The translations under genes and the position numbers were made by a program. 32,000 nt of DNA from Candidatus Iainarchaeum sp. GTDB lineage: Archaea > Iainarchaeota > Iainarchaeia > Iainarchaeales > DTGL01. The notes beneath the pieces are model-generated. The model was given only the letters and a program-made list of their open reading frames with translations, ran no database searches and was not told the origin of the DNA. Where the stretch lies: assembly GCA_038736825.1 (NCBI GenBank), contig JAVYME010000007.1, positions 1,349-33,348 of the forward strand, read 5' to 3'. The stretch's first letter is position 1, and every line of letters begins with the position of its first letter. Positions 1-8,128 of this stretch are shown here, one piece after another.

Positions 1-2
1 GC

Positions 3-746
3 GTTTTAGAATATGAAAAAATAGAGGAATGCAAAAAACTCAGGACTTCAAGGTACAGGTACACCTTGTTCAACGAGCGCTCTATAGACAAGCTTGGCAC
101 TTTTTGGAGAAGCCTTGACGCCTGCGGAGCAAACTTTTTAAGAGCAAAATACGGAATGCTGCCAAAAACCACAACCTATTCCTCTGACTACCGGGTTGTA
201 GGGCTAATCAACACAGAACACGCAGTGTTTTACGATTTAGGGCAAGCCAAAGGCTTTGCAATGTTTGAAAAATCAAAGCCAAGGAATTCCATTATTGCAG
301 TCAATTCAAGCCAGGCAGTAGGACACGAGCTAGGGCACACTTTTGGCTTGGCAGAACAATACAGCAAAAAAGCCTTTTTGGAAAGCTACAAAAAATACCC
401 CTACATAAAAAACTTTTACCCTGGGCCATTACAAAAATACTTCAATCTGGATGCAGAAAAAGCAAGCTCGCTTTACCAAAAAGGCTACACTCGCGGAACA
501 GAAGACTTTCCAGAATGCCCTTACTCCAAGGACGAGCTTTACACTAAATGCCCTGACTGGCCTGAATGGTTAAGCTTTGGAGCAGTTGACTGTTATGGAA
601 GAAAAATGCCGAAAACCGGCACACTCAAAAAAAGAAGCTTTATGGGGCCTTCAAGCATTATTGATGTGGGGGTTGCAGGAATAGAAACAACAGATCACGG
701 ATTTGACTGTTTTGAACAGCCAGCAATCCAAAAACAATGGGGTTAA
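3..746 (+). CDS. Zinc metallopeptidase, C-terminal part (gene starts upstream of the window)
   Basis: The frame is open from the window edge, with no in-frame stop between nt 3 and the TTG at 66. HELGHTFGLAEQY fits the HExxHxxGxx(acidic)xY zinc-site pattern of M6/InhA-type peptidases (HExxHxxGxPDxY). The C-terminal FDCFEQPAIQKQW matches FDCFEKEQFKKQW at the end of the ORF 1489..4437. Confidence 0.75.
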   Translation, partial: VLEYEKIEECKKLRTSRYRYTLFNERSIDKLGTFWRSLDACGANFLRAKYGMLPKTTTYSSDYRVVGLINTEHAVFYDLGQAKGFAMFEKSKPRNSIIAVNSSQAVGHELGHTFGLAEQYSKKAFLESYKKYPYIKNFYPGPLQKYFNLDAEKASSLYQKGYTRGTEDFPECPYSKDELYTKCPDWPEWLSFGAVDCYGRKMPKTGTLKKRSFMGPSSIIDVGVAGIETTDHGFDCFEQPAIQKQWG

Positions 747-750
747 AAAA

Positions 751-1482
751 ATGAAAAAGGCATTGCTTTTTGCAATTTTCCTGCTTTTCTTTGCACAGGT
801 TTTTTCCCTTGAGAATGCTGCTTCAAGTGATTCAGAGGAGGAAACCCTTGTTTTTGAGGCAAGAATTGCCATAGAGGAAAACGCAGTCGTGGTTGACAGC
901 GTGCAAGTGGTTTATGGCACTCCAATGGAAATCGATTCTGATGCAAACTATGTTGCCAAAATTCTTGACGAACAACTTTCAGTTTTATACCAGGCAGGAT
1001 TTGATTTTGAAGAATTCACAGTCACTTTGCCTCCAGAGGCTTCAGAAGAAGAAATAGAAAAACATTATGCTGGGCCTCCTTCAGCGGTTGAAAAAGTATT
1101 GTTTTTGCCTTATTTTGAGGAAGCGGCTGTGCTTGCAATAGGTTCCAGGAAAGGCGAACTGATTGCCTTGATTGATTTGCAGGAAAGGGTTTGCAATAAG
1201 GATGGCAAGTGCGGTGAAAACGAAAACTTTTTATCCTGTCCTGCGGATTGCCCGCTGGAAAAAAAAGACAATTATTGTTTGCCGGAAAAAGACAATGTTT
1301 GCGATTCCGATTGTGTTGAAGGCTTGGATTCTGATTGTGAAAAGGGCGGCAAAGAAGGCGTGAAAGCGGAAACGTTTTCCATTGAACAAACCTATTTTAT
1401 TGCAGTGGTGGTTTTAGCCTTTGTTTTGATTTTTGCATACAATGTTTTAAGGAAAAAAAGAAAGCAAAAAGGCAAAGCTTGA
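751..1482 (+). CDS. Signal-peptide protein with juxtamembrane 8-Cys module and C-terminal TM anchor (paralog of 4441..5145)
   Basis: ATG at 751 gives MKKALLFAIFLLFFAQVFS, a signal peptide. The Cys module is C-x5-C-x6-FLSCPADCPLEKKDNYC...CDSDCVEGLDSDC. The C-terminal hydrophobic helix YFIAVVVLAFVLIFAY is followed by RKKRKQK. The gene starts 4 nt after the upstream stop and is colinear with 4441..5145. Confidence 0.8.
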   Translation: MKKALLFAIFLLFFAQVFSLENAASSDSEEETLVFEARIAIEENAVVVDSVQVVYGTPMEIDSDANYVAKILDEQLSVLYQAGFDFEEFTVTLPPEASEEEIEKHYAGPPSAVEKVLFLPYFEEAAVLAIGSRKGELIALIDLQERVCNKDGKCGENENFLSCPADCPLEKKDNYCLPEKDNVCDSDCVEGLDSDCEKGGKEGVKAETFSIEQTYFIAVVVLAFVLIFAYNVLRKKRKQKGKA

Positions 1483-1488
1483 GGTTGA

Positions 1489-4437
1489 ATGCAATGCTTG
1501 GTTTTTTTTTGCGCAAAGGCTTTTTTTTGTTTTTTTTCTTTTGCTTTTTTTCCTGTAATCGCTCAATCTACTGTTGATTCTGGGGTTGTTGTTGCGCAAA
1601 GGTTTGGTTTGGACAGGGTTTTGCTGGAATGGGATGTGAATGCGATAACTCCCACTATGTGTGATCCTTTGTTTGTTGTGGGAGAGAGTGGTTTTTTTTG
1701 TGATGCAACCCAGTTTTCTATAATGCTTTCCAAGCGTCTTGTGTTGGAGCCTGACTTGAATGAGTTTGAGGTTTTGCTGTTGGCGGATAATTATGGGGGT
1801 TCTTTTAGGGAGGCTTTTTCTGGTTTTTATTCTGGGCGTCTTTTTTTGGGTGGCAGGGTTGATGTTTCCAAGTGGTTTTTTTTGAATAGTCCTGGGCGGG
1901 CTGGCTTGTACAGGGTTTTTTTGGATTCTAATGAGGGTGGTTTTTTTGTTAGGTTTGTTTTGGTGGAGGACTTGAATGGCTTGGATTCCAGGTTGGGCAC
2001 TCGTTTTTCTGAGAATCCGTTTTTTGGTTTGGCTTTTGATGCTTTTCCTTTTGATGGTGAAAGGGATTTTGGTTTGACTGGAAAGGGTGAGGTTTTTTAT
2101 TTGAATGATGTTTCACGGCTTCCTGTTGCGGTGAATGATTCTTCTGGGCTTGAGGTTGAGTCTGGAAAGACTTTTGCGGATACTGCTTCTGGTTTGGTTT
2201 TGGGTTTTGATTTGAAGTCAAGGGTTTTGAGGTTTAATCGTTCTGTTCCGTCTGTTGTTTCTTTGCATTTGCGTGAGAGTGGTTCTTTTACTGGTTTTTA
2301 TTCTTTGGCTGATTTGTCTGGCAGGGTTTTTTCTCGCGATTTTTTTGGGGATAGGGTTTTTTTGTTGGATTGGAGTGGTTCTGATGGGGTTTTTAGGGAT
2401 GTTTTTTTGGATAGGGTTGCTTCTGGTTTGAGGTGTGATGGTTGGAGTGAGAGTTTGCCTTCTGGCAAGCTGGTTGTTTCTCCCGGGGTTTCTGATTCTT
2501 TGTCTTTTCATTCTGTTGTTTTTTTGCCTGAAGGGGTTGTTTTGAGGTGGTTGTGTGTTTCTGGTGATGCGTTTGTGGAGTTGCGTTCTTTTGCTGGTGG
2601 TGTTAGTGGTTTTTATTCTGGTGTGAGGAATGGTTTTGTTTCTTCTGGGCGTTTGTTGTCTGTTTCTTTGCCGGCTGGTTCTTTTGAGGGGGTTTTTTCT
2701 TTGAGGGCTGTTTTGGGGGAGGTTGTTGCTGGAAGAGTGAGGGTTTTGTCTGAACCGGAAAAGGGTTTGTTTGCTTTGTTTTGGAATGAAAAGGCTTTCA
2801 GGGAACTGGTGGTAACAGGAGAAAAGCCGGAAGATGAACCGGTTGCAGAGGAAATAAGCAGTTATGCTGCACTTCCAGCAGGTGGAGCGAATGCACCCTA
2901 TGTTTTCAAGGTTTACTTGCAACCATTGTCTCCAACCGGCAGGGAGGACATTTATTGTTTTGCTTCAGGAATAGATCCAAACAATTCACCCTTAAATTTT
3001 ATTTTCACTTGGAGGCTTAACGGAATTGAAGTTCAAAAATACCAAATTAATGGCGCTTTGAGTGGCGCTGAACGCACTCAATCAAGCATGCTTTCCAAGC
3101 AAAAACTGGCTGAAAGAAGAGCGAGCACTGGAACAGTGATTGAATGCGAGGTTATAGTCAACAATGGCAGAACCCAAAGCCATCCGGTTACAGCCAAAGC
3201 AACCATTGGACAGGAAAACCCAGTCGGGCAAAGCTCTGGCGCTCTCCCTGATTCTGATGGTGATGGAATTCCAGATGCAAGCGATAGATGCCCTTATGAA
3301 AAAGGCACTTTAGCCAACCAAGGCTGCCCTTCAAGCACTCCATCACTGCCAGCTTCTCCGTTGACGCCATCACAGTTGACACCATCACAAAACACTGTTT
3401 CCTTTTATTTCCTTCCAATTGACTGGGAAGGCTCTCAGCAATCCTTTGAAACCGAAGTGAACGGGCAACTCGCTTTTTTGCTGGAAAAATCCGGCATTAA
3501 AAGCGATCCAGCCTGTTCAGGGTTTTCCTTTCAAAAAACAATCCTTCCAATGACTCTAGCAGAACAATGCGGTTTGAGCTTGAAAACCACAATCAATTAC
3601 AATGACTTTTTGTCAAAAGTTTATAGTTGCCTTCAAAGACAGGGAATTCCCTTAAACAATAAAAAAACCATTTTTGCAGGTTTAAGCAATTCAACCTCCA
3701 GCAGCTTAGTTGTTTGCTCTTACACGGCTTCAGGCTCTCAGTGCTTTAACTGGTTTGGTTTTCACGATCGCCTTGGAGGTTCAGGGTTTGGCACAAGCGT
3801 TTTGATTGCACTGGCTTCAACAGTTGGAAGCCCAAAACTTGGCTTTGACCTGTTCTCTCACGAAGTAGGGCACAGCCTGGGCTTTTGCGAGCAATACTCT
3901 TATTCTAAAAATGTGGCTCAACAGAGTGCCAGGCAGTTCAGCAGTTTTGGTGGTTGCACAAACAAGTATCCCGGGAGTGGGGAAACACTGTATGCCTTGC
4001 TTTTTTCCCAGTCCTATGAAAAATGCCCTGGTGAAACAATTCCAACCAATTGCCCTGAATTTGTGCAAATAAGCTATGTGAGTGCATACGATTTGGGTTT
4101 AACCACCACTCCAACCGAGGACAGCACTAAAGCCAAGGTTTTGTCATCAGAGTTAAGGGAAAAAATAAGATTGCATTGCTCTAAATTTGCTTCCCCAGAC
4201 AAATGCATTTCAGATTATGTTTCAAGGCAGAACTGGTCTCTGCCTGATGTGGACTGCCTTGGCAGAAGGTTTTTTGTCGCCGGAAAGGAAAACAGGGACA
4301 TTATGGGGGTAGTGTCCAAAATCCAACAGGAAATGGCAATGGTTTTTACAAGAGCAGGCTATTCTTCAAACCCAGAGCGTTCCTTTGACTGTTTTGAAAA
4401 AGAACAATTCAAAAAACAGTGGTGTTTGGGGGGCTGA
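1489..4437 (+). CDS. Large secreted multidomain zinc metallopeptidase (M6-like HExxH domain at the C-terminus)
   Basis: 982-codon ORF with GAGG 5 nt upstream of the ATG and a hydrophobic N-terminus. It contains a TSP3-like Ca-binding repeat (DSDGDGIPDASDRCP), a P/S/T linker, an HEVGHSLGFCEQY zinc site, and a C-terminal tail shared with ORF 3..746. The first ~420 codons have an aberrant G+T-rich composition (see findings). Confidence 0.8.
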   Translation: MQCLVFFCAKAFFCFFSFAFFPVIAQSTVDSGVVVAQRFGLDRVLLEWDVNAITPTMCDPLFVVGESGFFCDATQFSIMLSKRLVLEPDLNEFEVLLLADNYGGSFREAFSGFYSGRLFLGGRVDVSKWFFLNSPGRAGLYRVFLDSNEGGFFVRFVLVEDLNGLDSRLGTRFSENPFFGLAFDAFPFDGERDFGLTGKGEVFYLNDVSRLPVAVNDSSGLEVESGKTFADTASGLVLGFDLKSRVLRFNRSVPSVVSLHLRESGSFTGFYSLADLSGRVFSRDFFGDRVFLLDWSGSDGVFRDVFLDRVASGLRCDGWSESLPSGKLVVSPGVSDSLSFHSVVFLPEGVVLRWLCVSGDAFVELRSFAGGVSGFYSGVRNGFVSSGRLLSVSLPAGSFEGVFSLRAVLGEVVAGRVRVLSEPEKGLFALFWNEKAFRELVVTGEKPEDEPVAEEISSYAALPAGGANAPYVFKVYLQPLSPTGREDIYCFASGIDPNNSPLNFIFTWRLNGIEVQKYQINGALSGAERTQSSMLSKQKLAERRASTGTVIECEVIVNNGRTQSHPVTAKATIGQENPVGQSSGALPDSDGDGIPDASDRCPYEKGTLANQGCPSSTPSLPASPLTPSQLTPSQNTVSFYFLPIDWEGSQQSFETEVNGQLAFLLEKSGIKSDPACSGFSFQKTILPMTLAEQCGLSLKTTINYNDFLSKVYSCLQRQGIPLNNKKTIFAGLSNSTSSSLVVCSYTASGSQCFNWFGFHDRLGGSGFGTSVLIALASTVGSPKLGFDLFSHEVGHSLGFCEQYSYSKNVAQQSARQFSSFGGCTNKYPGSGETLYALLFSQSYEKCPGETIPTNCPEFVQISYVSAYDLGLTTTPTEDSTKAKVLSSELREKIRLHCSKFASPDKCISDYVSRQNWSLPDVDCLGRRFFVAGKENRDIMGVVSKIQQEMAMVFTRAGYSSNPERSFDCFEKEQFKKQWCLGG

Positions 4438-4440
4438 AAA

Positions 4441-5145
4441 ATGCGCAAAACGTTTTTGGTTTTTGCTTTTTTTCTTTTTTCAGTCCAAGTTTTTGCAGTA
4501 AATCCGGAAAAATGCCTTTTTTTCAGGGTTTTTTGGGAGAAAGGCGATTACCAGATAGACAGCTTGCGAATTGTAATGGATTTTCCGCTGGAAGTAGACC
4601 CTGAAGGCGATTACTTGGTAAAATTGCTTGATTCAAAGGGCACTGCATTATACCAGCACAAAACAAAAAAGGCCAGCACTGTTTTAGAGCAATCCATCGA
4701 ACCATTGAACGGTGAAACCACTGACCAAAACATTGTAATAGATTTTGACACAATTGCTGGAACCCAGAGAGGGCAAATGTTTTTCCTCTTGCCTTATACT
4801 GAAAACGCGAAAAAAATTTCCTTTGAGCATGGCACTGCGGTTTTGGCTGAAGCGGATTTAAGCGTTTTATGCCAAGCAAATGGAAAGTGTGAAAGCCAGG
4901 AAAACTTTTTGTCTTGCCCGCAAGACTGTCCCTTGAGCGAAAAGGACAATTATTGTTATGCTTTCACAGACGGAACCTGTGATCCGGACTGCATTGAAGG
5001 CTTTGATTCTGATTGCACTAAAAGCAATGGAGTGAAAAAAGAACAGTTTTCCCTTGAACAAGTTTATTTTATTGGAGTGGTGGTTTTAGCCTTTGCTTTA
5101 ATGGTTTCATACAATGTTTTAAGGAAAAGAACCGGAAAAAAATAA
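4441..5145 (+). CDS. Signal-peptide protein with 8-Cys module and C-terminal TM anchor (paralog of 751..1482)
   Basis: MRKTFLVFAFFLFSVQVFA is a signal peptide. The Cys module is C-x5-C-x6-FLSCPQDCPLSEKDNYC...CDPDCIEGFDSDC. The C-terminal helix YFIGVVVLAFALMVSY is followed by RKRTGKK. The gene starts 3 nt after the stop of 1489..4437. Confidence 0.8.
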   Translation: MRKTFLVFAFFLFSVQVFAVNPEKCLFFRVFWEKGDYQIDSLRIVMDFPLEVDPEGDYLVKLLDSKGTALYQHKTKKASTVLEQSIEPLNGETTDQNIVIDFDTIAGTQRGQMFFLLPYTENAKKISFEHGTAVLAEADLSVLCQANGKCESQENFLSCPQDCPLSEKDNYCYAFTDGTCDPDCIEGFDSDCTKSNGVKKEQFSLEQVYFIGVVVLAFALMVSYNVLRKRTGKK

Positions 5146-5955
5146 CTAGAGTGAAATTTCTTCCAGTGCTTTCAATACGTGCTCTTCCCTTACAAGCCTG
5201 CTTGCATCTTGCTCTGCCTTCAAGCCAGCTAGTTTTAAGAGGTTGACTGCAAGGCGAGCGTCGCCTTTAAGGGAAGCCTTTTCTGCAATCAATTCAAGCG
5301 CTCTTTTTTCCCAAGTGTCCTCATAAAAAGCGTATTTTTTTCTTTCCCTTACAATGCCCTGGATTTCAAGGCGAGAATAAGGCCTGAAAAGGATTTCTTT
5401 CGGCAAAAGCCTGGATTTTATGCGTTCATCGAGTTCTGCAAGGAAACCGCTGTTGTTTGAGATAAGGATTGCTGATTTGGTTTTGAATCTTTCCAGGAAC
5501 GCGTACAGAAAGCCTTGCTCTTTTGCCCGGTCTATTTCGTCAAAGCAAGCGGCAACCGGCGTGCTGCCGGTTCTTTCAATTATTTTTTCCAGCAAGAGTG
5601 ATTCTTCCGCGCTTGCTGGCGCCAAAATCTTTAATTGCGAGCACATTTCCCGGAATATTTCTTTTCCAGTGGGGTGAGTCCAGCAGTTCACGTAAAAAAC
5701 AAAGGCATTGCTTTCCTCTGCGAATTCTTCCAGCACTTTTTTGACTGCATGGGTTTTTCCTATTCCGGCTTTTCCTGTTATTAACAGGTTGCGCCCGCTT
5801 TTTCCTTCAAGCAAGGGCGAAATTGAGGCTGCAATTTCCCTGGTTTCGTTTTCCCTGAACGGCATTATTGGCGGAATGAAGTCTGGTTCAAGCGATTCAG
5901 GGTTCGAGAAAAGGGATTCTTCTTCTCCAAGCGGGGAAAGCTTTTCAGGGTTCAT
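5146..5955 (-). CDS. cdc6: Orc1/Cdc6-family AAA+ ATPase, short form without C-terminal winged-helix domain
   Basis: Walker A is LLITGKAGIGKTH and Walker B is ACFDEIDRA. Sensor and lid motifs are ILISNN, SRL, FRPY and GDARLAVNLL. The ATG at 5955 forms an ATGA overlap with the stop of the upstream MBL gene. The longer ORF start at 5991 would overlap that gene by 40 nt. Confidence 0.75.
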   Translation of the reverse strand: MNPEKLSPLGEEESLFSNPESLEPDFIPPIMPFRENETREIAASISPLLEGKSGRNLLITGKAGIGKTHAVKKVLEEFAEESNAFVFYVNCWTHPTGKEIFREMCSQLKILAPASAEESLLLEKIIERTGSTPVAACFDEIDRAKEQGFLYAFLERFKTKSAILISNNSGFLAELDERIKSRLLPKEILFRPYSRLEIQGIVRERKKYAFYEDTWEKRALELIAEKASLKGDARLAVNLLKLAGLKAEQDASRLVREEHVLKALEEISL

Positions 5956-6587
5956 TGGTTTTTCTCCAGCAATACTGCTTTTTTTCCGCACAATTTTGCG
6001 AAAAGCTTTGCGTTTTCAATTGTTCCGTTTCCAGCATCTCCACCGTAATGCATTGGTATTGCGATTTCTGGATTGATTGCTTGAACTGCTTTGACTGCGT
6101 CCTCTGCGCTCATAGTGTAAGTGCCATCCACTGGCAGGAATGCAACATCCACTTTTCCCTTCAAGGAATTCATTTCTGGAATGAAATCAGTGTCGCCTGC
6201 AATGTAAAAGCGCACTTTTCCTGTTTCGAAAACAAAGCCTGTTCCGATTCCTTTTGGATGGAATGGTTTTGAAACATTGTAAGAGGGCACTGCAAAAATT
6301 TTGACTTCTTTTGCTTCAAAAGACTGTCCTGCTTTTAAGGGAACGGTTTTCCATTTTGAAAGCTTTTGCGCTGCAAGTGAATTGCAAACTATTATTGTTT
6401 CAGGCGAGGCAATTTTTGCAATGTCTTCTGGCGAGCAATGGTCAAAGTGTTCATGGGTTACCAGCACAATGGATGCCTTTTCGTTTTCTTTTATGTTGAA
6501 TGGGTCTGTGTAAATCGTGTTATTGCCTGTTTTTATTTTGAAGCAGGCATGGCAAAGCCATTCTATTATAGTGCCCTTGAATTCCAT
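5952..6587 (-). CDS. Metallo-beta-lactamase-fold hydrolase (UPF0173-like)
   Basis: Motifs seen are HACFKI, VLVTHEHFDHC (HxHxDH) and AGDT...PMHYG. Its length of about 210 aa is typical of the archaeal UPF0173 metal-dependent hydrolases. Confidence 0.8.
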   Translation of the reverse strand: MEFKGTIIEWLCHACFKIKTGNNTIYTDPFNIKENEKASIVLVTHEHFDHCSPEDIAKIASPETIIVCNSLAAQKLSKWKTVPLKAGQSFEAKEVKIFAVPSYNVSKPFHPKGIGTGFVFETGKVRFYIAGDTDFIPEMNSLKGKVDVAFLPVDGTYTMSAEDAVKAVQAINPEIAIPMHYGGDAGNGTIENAKLFAKLCGKKAVLLEKNQ

Positions 6588-6693
6588 TAAAGCCCTTAAA
6601 AATTGGTGTTTAAATTCTTAAAAAAGTTTCTGGATGCATTGAAAAAGAGTGAATTGCGTGCAAAAAACATTTTATCAGCAAAAAAACAGGCTT

Positions 6694-8061
6694 TTAAGCA
6701 GATTCTTTTTTCTTTGCTATTGATTTGTGGAGTTTTTCAAGTTTTTCCAGGGCTTTCTCGCGCTCTTCCTTTTTTTTATCCGCCTCTTTCTCTTCAGGTT
6801 TTTTTTCCTCTTCTTTTTTTGGTTCTTTTGCTGGTTCCATTGATTGTGGTGCTGGGGCTTCTTCTTTTTTCAATTCCTCTTTTTTTGTTTTTTTTGCCTT
6901 TTTTTTGCCTTTTTTGCCCTCTTCTTTGAGTTTCTTTTCTTTTTCCAATCCAATTATTTCATCCACTGCTTTCAAGAACAAGCCAGCTGTCCAAGCAAAA
7001 GGGCTTTCGCTTTTCAACAAAAAAGAATCAATCGGCCTTTTATGCTTGTCAAAGATTTCATTGGTAACACAATAATTGTTTATTTGCCATGCAAGCCTGT
7101 CCAATTCCATTAGTGCTTGTTCTTTTAAGCCGATTTTGTTGAGAGCAATTGCGTTCATGCAACCAATCCAAGGCCAAGAGAACCCGTTATGGTAATAATA
7201 GGCTTTTGTTGGCAGTATTAATAGTGAGGGCACTACCTTCCAAAAAGGATAGGGCGGATAATTGGTTTTCATGGGCACTTGGTTTAAGCCGTGTTTTTCA
7301 ATGAATTCCTCTATTTTTAGCGCTCTATCGCTTGTGGCAATGCCCCATGCGACTGCAAGCACGTTTCCATCGCTTGAAAAATAATTGTGTTTTGTTAATC
7401 CAATCCAGTCAGTGTAATAATAGTTTTCCCAAAACTTTATGTTTAGGGCAAGCCTTGTTGTTTCAGCCCTTTTCTCGTATTCTGTTGAAATCATTTTCAC
7501 TCCAAGCCAGTCTGCGAGAAAGGCGAATTCTTTGAGTGCATAATAATAACAGCAGTTGGAGTAAAGCACTTTGCCGTGCTTTAATATGGTGTCAGCCCAG
7601 TTCGAGAAAAAGCCCTCTTCTATTAAGCCGTCCTTGTCGCGATCCATTTTGCAAAGCCATTCCATTGAAAGCGAAACCTTTTTGAAATTGGATTCTATGA
7701 AGACTTTGTCATCGCTTTTCCTTGCATAGTCTGCAAGTGCGATTACAAAGAGTGCATTTGAGTCCACTGGTGGTGGAAAAAAAGCAAAGGGCTTGTATTT
7801 TGGCTTTAATTTTAGGGAAATTATTGCTGGAAGAAGCCCTTTTTTGTCCTGCAAGTCCAAAAACAATTGCAGGTTGTTTTTTGATTGCTTGAAATCGCCT
7901 ATAGCGTTTGCCCCAAGAGAGGCAAAAAACGAATCCCTTGCCCAGTATTGCTGGAAATGCCCTCTTCCAGCCAAAATGCCGGATTCAGTATAGCATTCCC
8001 GCAAGTCTCTTTTAGCGATTTCTATTGCGTCAGCAATGGCTTTCTCCAAGCAAAAAACCAT
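6694..8061 (-). CDS. Amylo-alpha-1,6-glucosidase / glycogen-debranching-type (alpha/alpha)6 glycoside hydrolase with K/E-rich C-terminal tail
   Basis: GRGHFQQYWARDSFFASLGA and the downstream W/Y-rich pattern are typical of the archaeal GDE_C family. The last ~84 aa are a low-complexity K/E/P tail. Confidence 0.65.
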   Translation of the reverse strand: MVFCLEKAIADAIEIAKRDLRECYTESGILAGRGHFQQYWARDSFFASLGANAIGDFKQSKNNLQLFLDLQDKKGLLPAIISLKLKPKYKPFAFFPPPVDSNALFVIALADYARKSDDKVFIESNFKKVSLSMEWLCKMDRDKDGLIEEGFFSNWADTILKHGKVLYSNCCYYYALKEFAFLADWLGVKMISTEYEKRAETTRLALNIKFWENYYYTDWIGLTKHNYFSSDGNVLAVAWGIATSDRALKIEEFIEKHGLNQVPMKTNYPPYPFWKVVPSLLILPTKAYYYHNGFSWPWIGCMNAIALNKIGLKEQALMELDRLAWQINNYCVTNEIFDKHKRPIDSFLLKSESPFAWTAGLFLKAVDEIIGLEKEKKLKEEGKKGKKKAKKTKKEELKKEEAPAPQSMEPAKEPKKEEEKKPEEKEADKKKEEREKALEKLEKLHKSIAKKKESA

Positions 8062-8128
8062 CCATCAGTATTTTTTTTTAATACAATTAATAACTGTTTC
8101 TGCCTTTAAAAGGTTATCGGGTGAAATT

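Noticed and set aside
1949-2922. Antisense ORFs 1949..2221 and 2218..2922 (- strand) opposite the 5' part of the protease gene
   Set aside because: Their translations are low-complexity strings rich in K/N/Q/R/P/T. The - strand here is A+C-rich and T-poor, so stop codons are rare by composition alone. The two ORFs are in different frames, and the + strand frame is the one that stays open for over 900 codons.
5100-6700. Replication origin next to the Orc1/Cdc6-like gene
   Set aside because: The gene is flanked by abutting or overlapping coding regions. The only nearby spacer (6588-6693) shows no ORB-like inverted repeats or long A/T-rich unwinding element that I could recognise.
6603-7113. 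ORFs on the + strand (6603..6929, 6725..7075, 6844..7113) rich in F/L/S
   Set aside because: They are antisense to the K/E-rich tail of the glycoside hydrolase gene. Their low-complexity translations are generated by the complement of AAA/GAA/AAG codons.
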